The notes: generated by a model not told the origin, from the letters alone. A stretch of 64,000 nt of DNA from Candidatus Wolfebacteria bacterium GW2011_GWB1_47_1 (GCA_001029635.1 CP011209.1:350866-414865), one strand, 5' to 3'; counted from the stretch's first letter, positions 1 through 10,199 are shown. Made by a program: numbers and translations.

Positions 1-13
1 ATTGCGCCACATG

Positions 14-41
14 GAGGCGGGTTTATCCCGCCTCTTTTTTT
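14..41 (+). terminator. Rho-independent terminator of an upstream (off-window) gene
   Basis: Hairpin ggaggcggg-ttta-cccgcctcc followed by a T7 run. Confidence 0.5.
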
Positions 42-69
42 ATATCCTCATGACTGATATATTAAAACT

Positions 70-2085
70 ATGAATCGAACAGCCTATACTCCGGACGATT
101 TCGCATGGGCGCAGTGGACCCCGGAAATCATACATCAGAAGATCCAAGAAGCTCTTGTATCAAAAAAAGAACAGTATGCCGTAATCAAAGCGATCGCTCC
201 CGAAGACCGAACATTTGATAATACGATCTTTGCAATCGAATCATCCGATTATGCCCGTACTGATGCCATTTCGCAGATTAACCTATTGATAAACGTCAGT
301 CCATTGCAGGAGGTGCGCAATGCTGCCCAGGAGGCAATTGATCTATTACAGAAGGAACTTGTCGATATTGAGTATGACGAAGATATGTATCGCGCCGTCC
401 AGGAATATGCGGCGAAGAACGAATCACTTGAAGGGTCTGATAAGGTCTTGTTTGATGATACGATGCGTGCGTATAAGCGGATGGGCTTTTCGCTCGATTC
501 TGAGAAGCGACAACAGCTAAAGAATAACCTTAAAGAAATTTCTGAACTTGCGACCGGGTTCGACAAGGCGATCGCGGAACATCAGGATCGTATCATCGTG
601 CGCAGAGAGGAGCTCAAAGGGCTTCCTGAGGCGTATATCAACGGACTGAAGGAGGACAAAGAGGGTAATTGTATTGTCACGTTGGCGTATCCTGATTTTT
701 TCCCGTTTCGCGATCGGTGTGAATCCGCTCCTCGACGCAAGGAATTAGTGGATAAGTTTAATAGGAAAGGTGGTGTGGCGAATATTGAGCGGTTGAAGCG
801 GGTGCTTGAATTGCGCGCGGAGAATGCGACCTTGCTTGGGTACCCGAATCATGCCGCATTCAAACTTGAAGATCGCATGGCCAAGACGGTTGATGCCGTC
901 AATCAGTTTTATAAGGAGATGCAGGCTGCCATTGCGAATCAGGCACGGTTTGATCTACAGTTGCTCGGTGAGATGAAGAAGAAAGATCTCGGTGATCCAT
1001 CCGCCAAACTTGCATATTACGATATTGATTATTATATCCAACGTGACAAGATGCAGGGGTATTCCGTCGACGATGAAGCAATCCGAGAATATTTTCCACT
1101 CGACATGGTTACGCGGGCATTGTTCGACCTGTATTCCACCGTGCTTGGGCTTTCGTTTGTACGTGAACAATTTCCGATCTGGCATGATGCCGCCGAGTGG
1201 TATCGGGTTAGCAATACCGATGGGACCCTTGTTGGATATTTTGCACTCGACCTGTTTCCGCGCGAGGGTAAGTTTAGCCACGCGATGAACCAAGCTGTCG
1301 TGCACGGGAGACTCGCTTCACGCGCTACGGATGCTCCGTATATTGCTCCGGTGTGTGCGGTCGTTGCCAACTTCAATCCGCAGACGACTGACATGCCTTC
1401 ATTATTGAGTCATGGCGAAGTGCAGACCTTGTTCCATGAATTCGGGCATGCCATGCATTCGTTGGTAACGACTGCTTCCTATGCCTCCCAGTCTGGGACA
1501 AGTACTGCGCGTGATTTTGTAGAAGCTCCTTCACAGATGTTTGAGTATTGGGTATGGGAACGGGACTTGCTTAAGAAGATGTCAAAGCATTACGTAACGG
1601 GCGAACCGTTACCTGATGATCTTATCGATCGGATGATCCGCGCGAAAAACCACGCACAAGGATACTTCCTTTTGCGACAGTTGTTTATTGGATCGTTTGA
1701 TATGGCATTGCATACGACGAGCGAACCGGTAGACCCGGTACAAGTCTTTGCCGATCTATATAAGCAGATGTTTGGAATTGATGCATCGAGTGATCAGATG
1801 TGGGCTGCAGGCTTCGGGCATCTAATGGGGTATGATGCCGGCTATTACGGCTACCTCTGGTCTGAGGTCTATGCCTCGGATATGTTTACCCGGTTTAGAC
1901 ATGATGGCGTCCTAAACCCCGCGGTCGGCATGGAATATCGAAAGAAAGTGTTGGAGGTCGGTGGGAGTCGCGACGAGATGGAGTCCGTAGTTGATTTCCT
2001 CGGTCGTACCCCGACGACCGGCGCATTCTTGCGCGACATGGGTCTAGCCACGCGCGATGAGCGAGGGGAGGAGGTTTCTGAATAA
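70..2085 (+). CDS. M3 family zinc metallopeptidase (oligoendopeptidase / peptidyl-dipeptidase Dcp-like)
   Basis: 671-aa ORF with the HEFGHAMH zinc-binding motif in an M3-like context. ATG at 70 lies 6 nt after a TATATT hexamer (58-63) with no SD, so it looks leaderless. Confidence 0.8.
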   Translation: MNRTAYTPDDFAWAQWTPEIIHQKIQEALVSKKEQYAVIKAIAPEDRTFDNTIFAIESSDYARTDAISQINLLINVSPLQEVRNAAQEAIDLLQKELVDIEYDEDMYRAVQEYAAKNESLEGSDKVLFDDTMRAYKRMGFSLDSEKRQQLKNNLKEISELATGFDKAIAEHQDRIIVRREELKGLPEAYINGLKEDKEGNCIVTLAYPDFFPFRDRCESAPRRKELVDKFNRKGGVANIERLKRVLELRAENATLLGYPNHAAFKLEDRMAKTVDAVNQFYKEMQAAIANQARFDLQLLGEMKKKDLGDPSAKLAYYDIDYYIQRDKMQGYSVDDEAIREYFPLDMVTRALFDLYSTVLGLSFVREQFPIWHDAAEWYRVSNTDGTLVGYFALDLFPREGKFSHAMNQAVVHGRLASRATDAPYIAPVCAVVANFNPQTTDMPSLLSHGEVQTLFHEFGHAMHSLVTTASYASQSGTSTARDFVEAPSQMFEYWVWERDLLKKMSKHYVTGEPLPDDLIDRMIRAKNHAQGYFLLRQLFIGSFDMALHTTSEPVDPVQVFADLYKQMFGIDASSDQMWAAGFGHLMGYDAGYYGYLWSEVYASDMFTRFRHDGVLNPAVGMEYRKKVLEVGGSRDEMESVVDFLGRTPTTGAFLRDMGLATRDERGEEVSE

Positions 2086-2134
2086 TTAAAAACAACGAAG
2101 GATACATTCTCTGCATCTTAGGCGTAATATAAAA

Positions 2135-2165
2135 AAGCCCTACATTTAAGATGCAGGGCTTCCCA
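2135..2165 (-). terminator. Terminator hairpin with T-run on the minus strand, bidirectional position
   Basis: agccctacat-ttaag-atgcagggct hairpin with one mismatch. On the minus strand it is followed by tttttt, so it terminates the small gene 2183..2378. Confidence 0.5.
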
Positions 2166-2182
2166 GAAAGGGCCTAGAGGTA

Positions 2183-2378
2183 TTACTTTTTGTAGCTTCC
2201 GGCATAGGGGCCGAACACCCCGTGACAGACTTCGCGCTCCCACGTTTTCCCGGTTTTGTTGTCCGTCTGCTGGATCCTGTCCATGTGACCGTTGGTGCAG
2301 TGCGTTGTGGTCGTCGTCTTGCCATCGCTTGACGACGTGCTACTTTCACTCGGTCCGAACATCGTGAATAATCCCATG
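2183..2378 (-). CDS. Small hypothetical protein (65 aa), Cys/His-containing, Ser/Thr-rich
   Basis: This is the internal ATG of the 87-aa track ORF. It is preceded by AGGAGTG (SD) 6 nt upstream and has its own terminator hairpin. Sequence: MGLFTMFGPSESSTSSSDGKTTTTTHCTNGHMDRIQQTDNKTGKTWEREVCHGVF... Confidence 0.4.
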
Positions 2379-2526
2379 ACACACTCCTTCTGTATGATTG
2401 GTTTTTCTCTCGTGCGAGAGACGTGATTGGATACTATTGCTAACAATAGAGTCTTTTTATCTATTTTGTCAATCGTCTTCTGTCTGGTTGTCCTCTCTTT
2501 TTTTCGAGTGTATAATAAAAATAATT

Positions 2527-4272
2527 ATGGCATCTCTCAAATATATTTTTGTAACAGGCGGAGTAATGTCGGGAGTTGGAAAGGGTGTGGCTGCTGCATC
2601 TATTGCGAAGATCCTTCAGTCGAAGGGTTTTGCCGTCACCGCTTTAAAGATCGACCCGTATGTTAACGTCGACGCGGGGACGATGAACCCCACTGAGCAC
2701 GGTGAGGTTTTTGTTTTGGATGACGGTATGGAATGCGATCAAGACATGGGTAACTATGAGCGCTTCCTGAACACGAGCCTTTCCAGTGCGAACTATATGA
2801 CCACGGGGAGCGTCTATCTCTCATTGATCAACCGGGAGCGCAGCCTTGCATTTGAGGGTAAGTGCGTGGAGGTCGTGCCCCATGTACCCCTTGAGGTCAT
2901 CGAGCGTATCAATAAGGCGGCTAAAAAAGAAAAGGCTGATATCGTCATCGTTGAGATCGGTGGTACGGTGGGCGAATATCAGAACGTCCTATTCCTTGAG
3001 GCTGTGCGCATGCTAAAGGCGCGCAATCATGATGATGTCGCGTTGGTATTGGTCAGCTATCTGCCGCAGCAGGGCGAGGGAGGAGAGCTGAAGACGAAGC
3101 CAACCCAGTATGCAGTTCGGACACTCAACTCTGCTGCTCTGCAGCCGGATGTCATCTTGGCGCGTGCGAAGATCGCGCTTGATAAACCGCGCAAGGAAAA
3201 GATCGCGTTTAACTGCAATCTCGATAGCGATGCGGTCATTTCTGCTCCTGATGTAAAAAGCATCTACGATATTCCGATTAATTTCGAGCATGATAATTTG
3301 AGTGGTATTTTGATGAAGCGACTTAGATTGAAGCCGCGCAAGAACGACCTTAAAGATTGGAAAGCGTTCGTGAACAAGACGCATGCGGTTACTAAGCCGG
3401 TCAAGGTCGGCATTGTGGGAAAATATTTTTCGAGTGGCGAGTTTGTACTTGCGGATTCATATATTTCCGTCATCGAGGCGGTGAAGCATGCCGCCTATGC
3501 GGAGGGGAGAATTCCGGAGATCCACTGGCTTAATGCCGGCGACTTCGACCCGTTGGGTGTTGGCACGAAGATGTCAAAAGATAATCTGAAACTGTTAAAG
3601 CAGTATGATGGTGTTATTGTACCGGGTGGTTTTGGTAACCGTGGGATCGAAGGTAAGATCTCGGTCATCGGCTATCTGCGCGAGCAAAAGATCCCGTTCT
3701 TTGGATTGTGCTATGGTATGCAATTAGCCACCGTTGAATTTGCCCGGAACGTTGCAGGGTTGAAGGGTGCGCACACGACCGAGGTTGATAAAAAGGCTAC
3801 CTATCCGGTGATTGATATTTTGCCGGAACAGCGGGAGAAGATGGCGCAAAAGGAGTATGGCGCGACTATGCGATTGGGAGCATATCCTGCAGTCGTGGAA
3901 AAAGGTACTCACGCTCATATGGCGTATAAAGGAAGCCATTTTCAGATCGAGGGAAACAAGCGACGCAAGGAAGATAAACTGAAGCTTCCCGCGGACGAGT
4001 TGGTTATATTCGAGCGGCACCGCCATCGCTATGAAGTGAATCCGATCTATGTAGAGAAGTTGCAGGAAAAAGGTTTGGTATTTTCGGGCACGTCCCCTGA
4101 CCGGCGATTGATGGAAATTGTTGAATTGCCCAAAACGAAGCATCCTTTCTTCTTGGCGACGCAATTTCATCCGGAATTTACCGCGCGGCCGTTGGCCCCG
4201 CATCCGCTGTTCGTTGCATTTGTAAAGGCGGCGATACAAATGCCGAAAAATGGAAAAGGAAAAATGAAATAA
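2527..4272 (+). CDS. pyrG: CTP synthase
   Basis: N-terminal MASLKYIFVTGGVMSGVGKGV...DPYVNVDAGTMNP synthetase domain. C-terminal glutamine amidotransferase domain (GLCYGMQ...HPEF). The track ORF begins at TTG 2398; the true ATG is at 2527. Candidate promoter TTGTCC-17-TATAAT at 2488-2516 ends 10 nt before the ATG. Confidence 0.9.
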   Translation: MASLKYIFVTGGVMSGVGKGVAAASIAKILQSKGFAVTALKIDPYVNVDAGTMNPTEHGEVFVLDDGMECDQDMGNYERFLNTSLSSANYMTTGSVYLSLINRERSLAFEGKCVEVVPHVPLEVIERINKAAKKEKADIVIVEIGGTVGEYQNVLFLEAVRMLKARNHDDVALVLVSYLPQQGEGGELKTKPTQYAVRTLNSAALQPDVILARAKIALDKPRKEKIAFNCNLDSDAVISAPDVKSIYDIPINFEHDNLSGILMKRLRLKPRKNDLKDWKAFVNKTHAVTKPVKVGIVGKYFSSGEFVLADSYISVIEAVKHAAYAEGRIPEIHWLNAGDFDPLGVGTKMSKDNLKLLKQYDGVIVPGGFGNRGIEGKISVIGYLREQKIPFFGLCYGMQLATVEFARNVAGLKGAHTTEVDKKATYPVIDILPEQREKMAQKEYGATMRLGAYPAVVEKGTHAHMAYKGSHFQIEGNKRRKEDKLKLPADELVIFERHRHRYEVNPIYVEKLQEKGLVFSGTSPDRRLMEIVELPKTKHPFFLATQFHPEFTARPLAPHPLFVAFVKAAIQMPKNGKGKMK

Positions 4273-4282
4273 GAAACATAAA

Positions 4283-4320
4283 AAGCGCCCATCGGATGAA
4301 CCGATGGGCGTTGTTGTTTG
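4283..4320. terminator. Bidirectional rho-independent terminator
   Basis: gcgcccatcgg-atgaa-ccgatgggcg hairpin with T-rich tracts on both strands. Sits between convergent pyrG and the 4357..4965 gene. Confidence 0.6.
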
Positions 4321-4356
4321 TACCGAGATGCGAATGGATTAGAATAAGTCCTTCAT

Positions 4357-4965
4357 CTATTGGTCTACTGACTGGGATGAAAGAATAATATCGAAGGTGG
4401 GCATGCTGTGCATCTTATCTCCTCTACGCTGCACGATCTGTATTCCTTTGAACTTGTCGATCGCGTGTGCCATTACGGGCTTCCAGTCGAATGCGCTTCC
4501 GTGACTTGGTATGGTCATGTGCAGTAGATGCGAATATTGCTCTGTGACTTTCAAATTCATGCCTAGTGGGTCAATGCTTTCGCAGCCAAGGCGCTCTAGT
4601 GCCTTGTCGAGTTCATGGCCAACGCGATCTTTTACGCGAAATCCCTCATTGAGATCGAGGATGAGTTCCGTTTCTTCGGTATTCATTCTCGCTCTGCATC
4701 CTCCGATCCACGCAGAATTGTTTTCGAGTGGGTTGTCATTTCCTCGGATTACGATTCTTTTTCCTGATGTCTGCGTCCTATGTGCGACGTACTGTTCACC
4801 GTCGATCATGACGATGCGCAGGAGTGGATTGCGCATTGCTCGCTGTATAATCAGCTTCTTAAGCAGGGACTGATCTCGGGCGCTTCTCATTGCGAGTGTT
4901 GCCAAGCGTTGCAGGATGAGCATCTTTTGTCTCCATGCGTGTAATGTCCTATTGAGGGGTCTCAT
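4357..4965 (-). CDS. Hypothetical protein, possible 2H phosphoesterase (LigT/ThpR-like)
   Basis: Start chosen at MRPLNRT because of a GGGAGG SD 9 nt upstream. The internal start of the 231-aa track ORF was not used. Two HxTx motifs (AHRTQT and LHMTIP) about 95 aa apart suggest the 2H fold. Family assignment is weak. Confidence 0.35.
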   Translation of the reverse strand: MRPLNRTLHAWRQKMLILQRLATLAMRSARDQSLLKKLIIQRAMRNPLLRIVMIDGEQYVAHRTQTSGKRIVIRGNDNPLENNSAWIGGCRARMNTEETELILDLNEGFRVKDRVGHELDKALERLGCESIDPLGMNLKVTEQYSHLLHMTIPSHGSAFDWKPVMAHAIDKFKGIQIVQRRGDKMHSMPTFDIILSSQSVDQ

Positions 4966-5062
4966 CGTTGCTTCCTCCCTGTTTTTAAAATGATATTGCT
5001 GCGCTGATTTTGCCATTATTTTTACCCCTTGTAAAGAAATCCTTGAATTCAAGTACCGATTA

Positions 5063-5091
5063 TTGACTAAATCAATGAAATGATGTATATT
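5063..5091 (+). promoter_or_regulatory. Sigma70-like promoter TTGACT-N17-TATATT driving the leader peptide and cysteine desulfurase
   Basis: TTGACT at 5063-5068, 17-nt spacer, TATATT at 5086-5091 with TG immediately upstream. Predicted TSS near 5098. Confidence 0.4.
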
Positions 5092-5133
5092 TTTTTTAGT
5101 ATCTTATCGAATCAATATTTATTGGAGGATTCT

Positions 5134-5214
5134 ATGCGACACGACAGTAGCTACTCTTTATGCGATCCCTGCACTGGTTGTGGCGGATGTGGTTCTGGCG
5201 GCAGTCGCCGCTGA
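5134..5214 (+). CDS. 26-aa Cys-rich leader peptide MRHDSSYSLCDPCTGCGGCGSGGSRR (CxxCxxCxxC)
   Basis: GGAGG SD 6 nt upstream of the ATG. Four Cys codons sit at a regular 9-nt spacing. The ORF ends 38 nt before an intrinsic terminator, and the cysteine desulfurase gene follows. Confidence 0.4.
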   Translation: MRHDSSYSLCDPCTGCGGCGSGGSRR

Positions 5215-5251
5215 TCATCCTGGTTCGTTTATCCTACGGACTCTTGTATTT

Positions 5252-5278
5252 AAAGCCCCTTCAGGGGCTTTATTTTTT
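5252..5278 (+). terminator. Intrinsic terminator / candidate attenuator between leader peptide and cysteine desulfurase
   Basis: aaagcccct-tca-ggggcttt hairpin followed by attttttgg. Confidence 0.5.
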
Positions 5279-5315
5279 GGTTGCATTTTTGCTGTATAAT
5301 AGCTATATACCATAT

Positions 5316-6539
5316 ATGCAACGCATCTATTTGGATAACGCGGCGACCACGCCGCTTGATACTGAAGTTAAAAAGGCCATGGAGCCGTATTTTGACGATA
5401 TCTATGGCAACCCCAATTCGTTGCACTGGTTCGGCCAGCAGGCTCGCGCGGCTGTTGATTGGGCGCGGGAAACTATCGCAGATGCAATTGGCGCTCGATT
5501 TCGGGAAGTCATTTTTACCGGCTCAGCTACTGAGGCAAACAACCTTGCCTTGCGAGGCGCGATCAACAAGGCACGGCCGACTTTTACAGCGCTCTATGGC
5601 GATAAGCCAATGAAGGTTATTGTGTCTGCTATTGAGCATGATTCAGTTTTGGATACGGCTCGCGCGCTTGAGGAAGAAGGAGTTGAACTTGTCATACTTC
5701 CTGTTGATGTGAACGGATTTGTCGATGTGCAAGCGCTTGCCGATGCGCTCGATGAACGAACAGTCATTGTTTCGATCATGTATGCGAACAACGAGATTGG
5801 ATCCGTTCAGCCGATTACAGAAATCGCCGCGCAAATCGCGCAGTTCCGATCACGTGAGAATGCTTTGCCGTATTATCCACTATTACATGTTGATGCCGTG
5901 CAGGCGTTTCAGTTTTTGGATTGTACTGTTGATATGCTCGGCGTGGATATGATGACGCTTTCTGGGCACAAGATCTATGGGCCTAAGGGGGTCGGCGTGC
6001 TCTATGCGCGTACTATGGATAGTGTGACGCATATGCAAGACGACCGTATGCATATCATTAGTCCTCGGATGACGGGCGGTGGCCAGGAATTTGGCATGCG
6101 CTCGGGTACCGAGAATGTTCCGGCCATCGTTGGTTTTGCAAAGGCCGTTGAGCTTGCTGTTGCGCGTCGCACTGAATGTGCCGATCAGATCGCACGTCTA
6201 CACTCCCTGTTTTGGGAGCAGTTACATGGGGCATGTCCCGAGGTCGTATTAAACAGTCCTCATGCAGGTGATGCGCCTTATCTTCCCAATATCATAAATA
6301 TACATATTCCTGGTCAAAAAGGAGGGGAGTTGCTCATTGCGCTCGACCTGCAGGGGGTTGCCGTCTCGAGCGGGTCTGCGTGTGCTGCGCGTTCTGCAAC
6401 GCAATCGCATGTATTGCGAGCACTTGGATTTTCTGATGAGCGATCCAGGAGGAGCCTTCGGTTCAGCTTTGGCCGACATACGACGGCGCGAGATATTGAC
6501 GGTTGCATTGCTGCGTTGGTGCGGATCCTTGCCGCTTGA
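5316..6539 (+). CDS. Cysteine desulfurase (class V aminotransferase, IscS/NifS-like)
   Basis: YLDNAATTP start region, SGHKIYGPKGVGVLYAR PLP-lysine motif, SSGSACAARS active-site Cys loop. The 459-aa track ORF has a spurious N-terminal extension. The real start ATG 5316 lies 15 nt after TATAAT (5295-5300). Confidence 0.85.
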   Translation: MQRIYLDNAATTPLDTEVKKAMEPYFDDIYGNPNSLHWFGQQARAAVDWARETIADAIGARFREVIFTGSATEANNLALRGAINKARPTFTALYGDKPMKVIVSAIEHDSVLDTARALEEEGVELVILPVDVNGFVDVQALADALDERTVIVSIMYANNEIGSVQPITEIAAQIAQFRSRENALPYYPLLHVDAVQAFQFLDCTVDMLGVDMMTLSGHKIYGPKGVGVLYARTMDSVTHMQDDRMHIISPRMTGGGQEFGMRSGTENVPAIVGFAKAVELAVARRTECADQIARLHSLFWEQLHGACPEVVLNSPHAGDAPYLPNIINIHIPGQKGGELLIALDLQGVAVSSGSACAARSATQSHVLRALGFSDERSRRSLRFSFGRHTTARDIDGCIAALVRILAA

Positions 6540-6657
6540 CGATTGCGGTTTTTGCGGTTTGTTGGTATGGTTTGCATGCCCGATTTTCGGGGTATCACGG
6601 TTGTGGTATAGTATATAGGTAATATATAAGTAACACTCTATCGATATTTTGTTTTCA

Positions 6658-9318
6658 ATGAATAATTTCAACCGATTTACAATCAAAGCACAGGAAGCGT
6701 TACAGAATGCGCAGGACTTTGCCGCTAAGGAGAATCATGGCGAATTAAAGGCGTTACATTTGCTGGTCGCGCTCGTGACCGATGAGAGCACTCTGGTGCG
6801 CCCGCTGCTTGCCAAGGCGGGGGTGAGCGCTGATGAGGTGCGCTCGGGAGCTATCGTGGAATTGATGAACGAACCCAAAGCAATGGGGAGCGTGAATTTG
6901 TCGCAGTTATATCTTTCCCAGGAGTTAATGAACATTCTCGATAAGGCGGGGAAGATCGCGCAGCATCAGAAGGATGAGTATATTTCGTGTGAGCATTTGT
7001 TGCTGGCTATCCTTGAAGCCGGTTCCTCGAAGGCTTCGAAGATTTTAGTGGAGCTGGGATTCAAGCGTGATGCGGCGATCCGCATCCTTGCTCAGTTGCG
7101 TGGCTCATCGCGGATCACTGATGAAACGCCTGAGACCAAATTTCAGGTGCTTGAAAAGTATGGCGTTAATCTTACTGATATGGCGCGTGACGGTAAGCTT
7201 GATCCAGTTATCGGGCGGGACGAGGAGCTGCGCCGGGTTATTCAGGTATTGAGCCGCCGAACAAAGAACAACCCCGTATTGATCGGGGAACCGGGTGTCG
7301 GTAAAACGGCTGTCGTCGAAGGACTTGCGCAGCGCATCATCACTGGCGACGTCCCTGAACCGTTAAAGGACAAGGAGCTCGTTATGCTCGATCTGGGGGC
7401 TCTTATCGCCGGAACGAAGTTCCGTGGCGAATTCGAGGACCGCCTCAAAGCATTCATGCGTGAGGTCCAGAATTCGAATGGACGCATTATTCTGTTTATT
7501 GACGAGATCCACATGATTGTCGGGGCGGGTGCTGCTGAGGGTGCGATCGATGCATCAAATCTCTTGAAGCCGCCGTTGGCGCGCGGAGAGTTGCATGCGA
7601 TCGGAGCGACGACCATCAGCGAATATCAACGACATATTGAAAAAGACATGGCACTTGAGCGTCGATTTCAGCCGATCGTGGTGGAGGAGCCGACTATCGA
7701 AGACAGCATCGCGATCCTGCGTGGACTGAAGGAAAAATATGAACTGCACCACGGTATCCGCATTAGTGATGAAGCGATCGTGTCCGCAGTGAATTTGTCT
7801 GCCCGGTATTTGACCGATCGATTTTTGCCGGACAAGGCGATTGATTTGATCGATGAAGCATCTGCCGCCCGACGACTTGAATCGGAAAGCCTACCTGCCG
7901 AGATCGATAAGGTCCGTCATGAGATTATTAAGCTTGAGATCGAGAAGTCTGCTTTGTCGACTGAAAAATCCGAAAAAGCTAAAGATCGGCTCAAGGGGAT
8001 CGAAAAGGAATTGCACGTACTCAAGGAGCGCAATGATGAACTATCCGCGAAGTGGCATGCGGAGAAATTAACCTTCGAGGAATTTCACAATCTGAAAAAG
8101 AAAATCGAGGAGCTGAAACGCCAAGCTGAGCTTGCCGAGCGCGAGGGAAGTCTTGATAAGGTGGCAAAAATCCTGTACGGCGAATTGCCTCAGGCAGAAA
8201 AGGACCTCGCGGTGTTCGAGAAGAAGTTTATTGAAACAGGAAAGTCTAAGGGAAAGAAAAACGAAAGTGAAAAGTTCATCAAAGAGGCGATCGACGAGCA
8301 CGATGTTGCTGCGGTTGTTTCTAAGTGGACGCATATTCCTGTTACCAAGATGATTGAGTCGGAAGCCAATAAACTTTCGACCATCGAAGACCAATTACGC
8401 GCACGCGTGGTTGGGCAGGAAGATGCCGTAAGGGCCATTGCAAATGCCCTTCGACGAGCCCGTACGGGACTTTCGGACGAGAAGCGACCCTTTGGTTCCT
8501 TTATGTTCCTTGGACCTACCGGGGTTGGGAAGACCGAGCTTGCCAAGGCACTCGCCGAGATTATGTTCAATGATGAAAAAGCATTGGTTCGCGTCGACAT
8601 GTCCGAGTATATGGAACGACATTCCGTCTCTCGCCTGATTGGTTCACCTCCTGGTTATGTTGGTCATGAAGAGGGAGGTAAGCTGACCGATGCTATCCGT
8701 CATCGTCCCTATAGCCTGATCCTCTTTGATGAAATCGAAAAGGCACACCCTGATGTGTTTAATATTCTGCTACAGGTGCTCGACAATGGGCGCTTGACCG
8801 ACAGTAAAGGGAAGAGTGTTAACTTTAGAAATTCAATTATTATTTTGACCTCGAACGTGGGGAGTGAATATTTCCATGAAATGTCCAGGCTTGGATTTGA
8901 GACGACCAAGGATGAGGAGGTTGGGGCAGAACAGGAAGAGTTGTTTAAGGAGCGGGTTAATCTCGCACTGAAGGACACCTTCCGCCCCGAATTCCTTAAT
9001 CGACTGGATGAGATCATTGTATTCAATCCGCTGACGCCGAAGGAGATCGAATCGATTGTAGAGATACAAATCAATGAGGTACTGCATCGACTGCAGCAAC
9101 GAAATCTAAACGTAACCATCGACGCATCCGTGAAGAAGCATATTGCCGAGCATGGGTTTGATCCGGATTATGGCGCGCGACCCATTAAGCGGTTGATCCA
9201 GAAGACTATCTTGGATCAGTTGGCAGACAGGATCATTAAAGGGGAATTCAACAATGTTAAAAAGATTAAAATCAGCTTTAAAGATAGCCGTCTCAACATC
9301 GTTTCCACTCGCGCTTAG
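6658..9318 (+). CDS. clpB: ATP-dependent chaperone ClpB
   Basis: Clp N-domain, two AAA+ modules ([16 protein letters not shown]) and a long middle coiled coil. The track start 6649 is TTG; ATG 6658 gives MNNFNRFT. Confidence 0.9.
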   Translation: MNNFNRFTIKAQEALQNAQDFAAKENHGELKALHLLVALVTDESTLVRPLLAKAGVSADEVRSGAIVELMNEPKAMGSVNLSQLYLSQELMNILDKAGKIAQHQKDEYISCEHLLLAILEAGSSKASKILVELGFKRDAAIRILAQLRGSSRITDETPETKFQVLEKYGVNLTDMARDGKLDPVIGRDEELRRVIQVLSRRTKNNPVLIGEPGVGKTAVVEGLAQRIITGDVPEPLKDKELVMLDLGALIAGTKFRGEFEDRLKAFMREVQNSNGRIILFIDEIHMIVGAGAAEGAIDASNLLKPPLARGELHAIGATTISEYQRHIEKDMALERRFQPIVVEEPTIEDSIAILRGLKEKYELHHGIRISDEAIVSAVNLSARYLTDRFLPDKAIDLIDEASAARRLESESLPAEIDKVRHEIIKLEIEKSALSTEKSEKAKDRLKGIEKELHVLKERNDELSAKWHAEKLTFEEFHNLKKKIEELKRQAELAEREGSLDKVAKILYGELPQAEKDLAVFEKKFIETGKSKGKKNESEKFIKEAIDEHDVAAVVSKWTHIPVTKMIESEANKLSTIEDQLRARVVGQEDAVRAIANALRRARTGLSDEKRPFGSFMFLGPTGVGKTELAKALAEIMFNDEKALVRVDMSEYMERHSVSRLIGSPPGYVGHEEGGKLTDAIRHRPYSLILFDEIEKAHPDVFNILLQVLDNGRLTDSKGKSVNFRNSIIILTSNVGSEYFHEMSRLGFETTKDEEVGAEQEELFKERVNLALKDTFRPEFLNRLDEIIVFNPLTPKEIESIVEIQINEVLHRLQQRNLNVTIDASVKKHIAEHGFDPDYGARPIKRLIQKTILDQLADRIIKGEFNNVKKIKISFKDSRLNIVSTRA

Positions 9319-9394
9319 GGTTAGTCGTTATTTTGGACGGAAGGCGCTTGTTTTCTCGACATCGTTGGCTAAGCGTCTGCGCCTCCCGATTTTG

Positions 9395-10129
9395 ATGCCA
9401 TCCATTCTTCGTGCGACATTCTTCGGGGGTACGCTGACACTTGCCGTGATTAATGGAGGATTCTTTTGGGCGTCGTTGTTCTTTGCGGCTGCCTTCTCTG
9501 GATACTTCCGCTCGCTGTTTGAATGGAATACGTTTCTGTACTCGTTCTTTGTTTTGACGTTGTATGCGTATCTGGGTACGTCGTTCCTAATGAGCACATC
9601 CGAGGTCGGGGGGGCTTCCGGTAATATGCCTGTGGTCCTCGCTTCTATGGTGTTCGGTACATTGTTTTTCCTATTGCTTGGTATTAAAGAATTTCTTTTT
9701 CTGTGGAGGCATGCCATCTTTAACTTTCTTTCGGGAGCACTTTATTTTTTCATTGGCGGAACATTTTTTATCGTCGATAAGAGTGCCGCGGGAGATTTTC
9801 TATTGTACTTCTTACTTTCATTCGTCGCGCTGTACCTACTCATCAGGGAATCGATCGAATTCTTCATGGAAGACGCCCCAAAGCGCAAGAAGGAGCTCTT
9901 GGTTATCGGTTCGGCAGTATTGGTCGCTGAGTTCTTGAGCGTAGTGAGTATTTTGCCGATCGGATTTTTGAATTCTGCGGCACTCATCATCCTTTTCGTC
10001 TTTATTCTTGAGGATCTAGTTTACTACCATCTTAAGGGAACGCTTGATCGGCAGATCGTATTGAACAACATGACAATCCTTATCGTCTGTCTGTTATTCA
10101 TATTTGCAACGTCTAAGTTGTCGTTATAA
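9395..10129 (+). CDS. Hypothetical polytopic membrane protein
   Basis: Multiple hydrophobic helices. The track ORF start 9254 overlaps clpB, so the first ATG after the clpB stop was used. The start is uncertain. Confidence 0.4.
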   Translation: MPSILRATFFGGTLTLAVINGGFFWASLFFAAAFSGYFRSLFEWNTFLYSFFVLTLYAYLGTSFLMSTSEVGGASGNMPVVLASMVFGTLFFLLLGIKEFLFLWRHAIFNFLSGALYFFIGGTFFIVDKSAAGDFLLYFLLSFVALYLLIRESIEFFMEDAPKRKKELLVIGSAVLVAEFLSVVSILPIGFLNSAALIILFVFILEDLVYYHLKGTLDRQIVLNNMTILIVCLLFIFATSKLSL

Positions 10130-10199
10130 TCTGTTGACAAAATAGTGCTTTTGCGTCATTTTGGTTTTAGCAACTTATTCCATACATAACGAGGTGGAC

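Noticed and set aside
4511-4873. Plus-strand ORF 4511-4873
   Set aside because: It is antisense to the 4357-4965 gene. It has no SD and a Ser/Arg-rich low-complexity translation.
5160-5315. Long N-terminal extension of the cysteine desulfurase ORF starting at 5160
   Set aside because: The conserved family N-terminus (M-x-IYLDNAATTP) begins at 5316. The extension is W/L-rich nonsense and would overlap the terminator hairpin. The leader-peptide plus terminator interpretation is preferred.
9254-9394. Membrane-protein ORF start at 9254
   Set aside because: It overlaps the last 65 nt of clpB in another frame. The first ATG after the clpB stop (9395) is more plausible, though the start remains uncertain.
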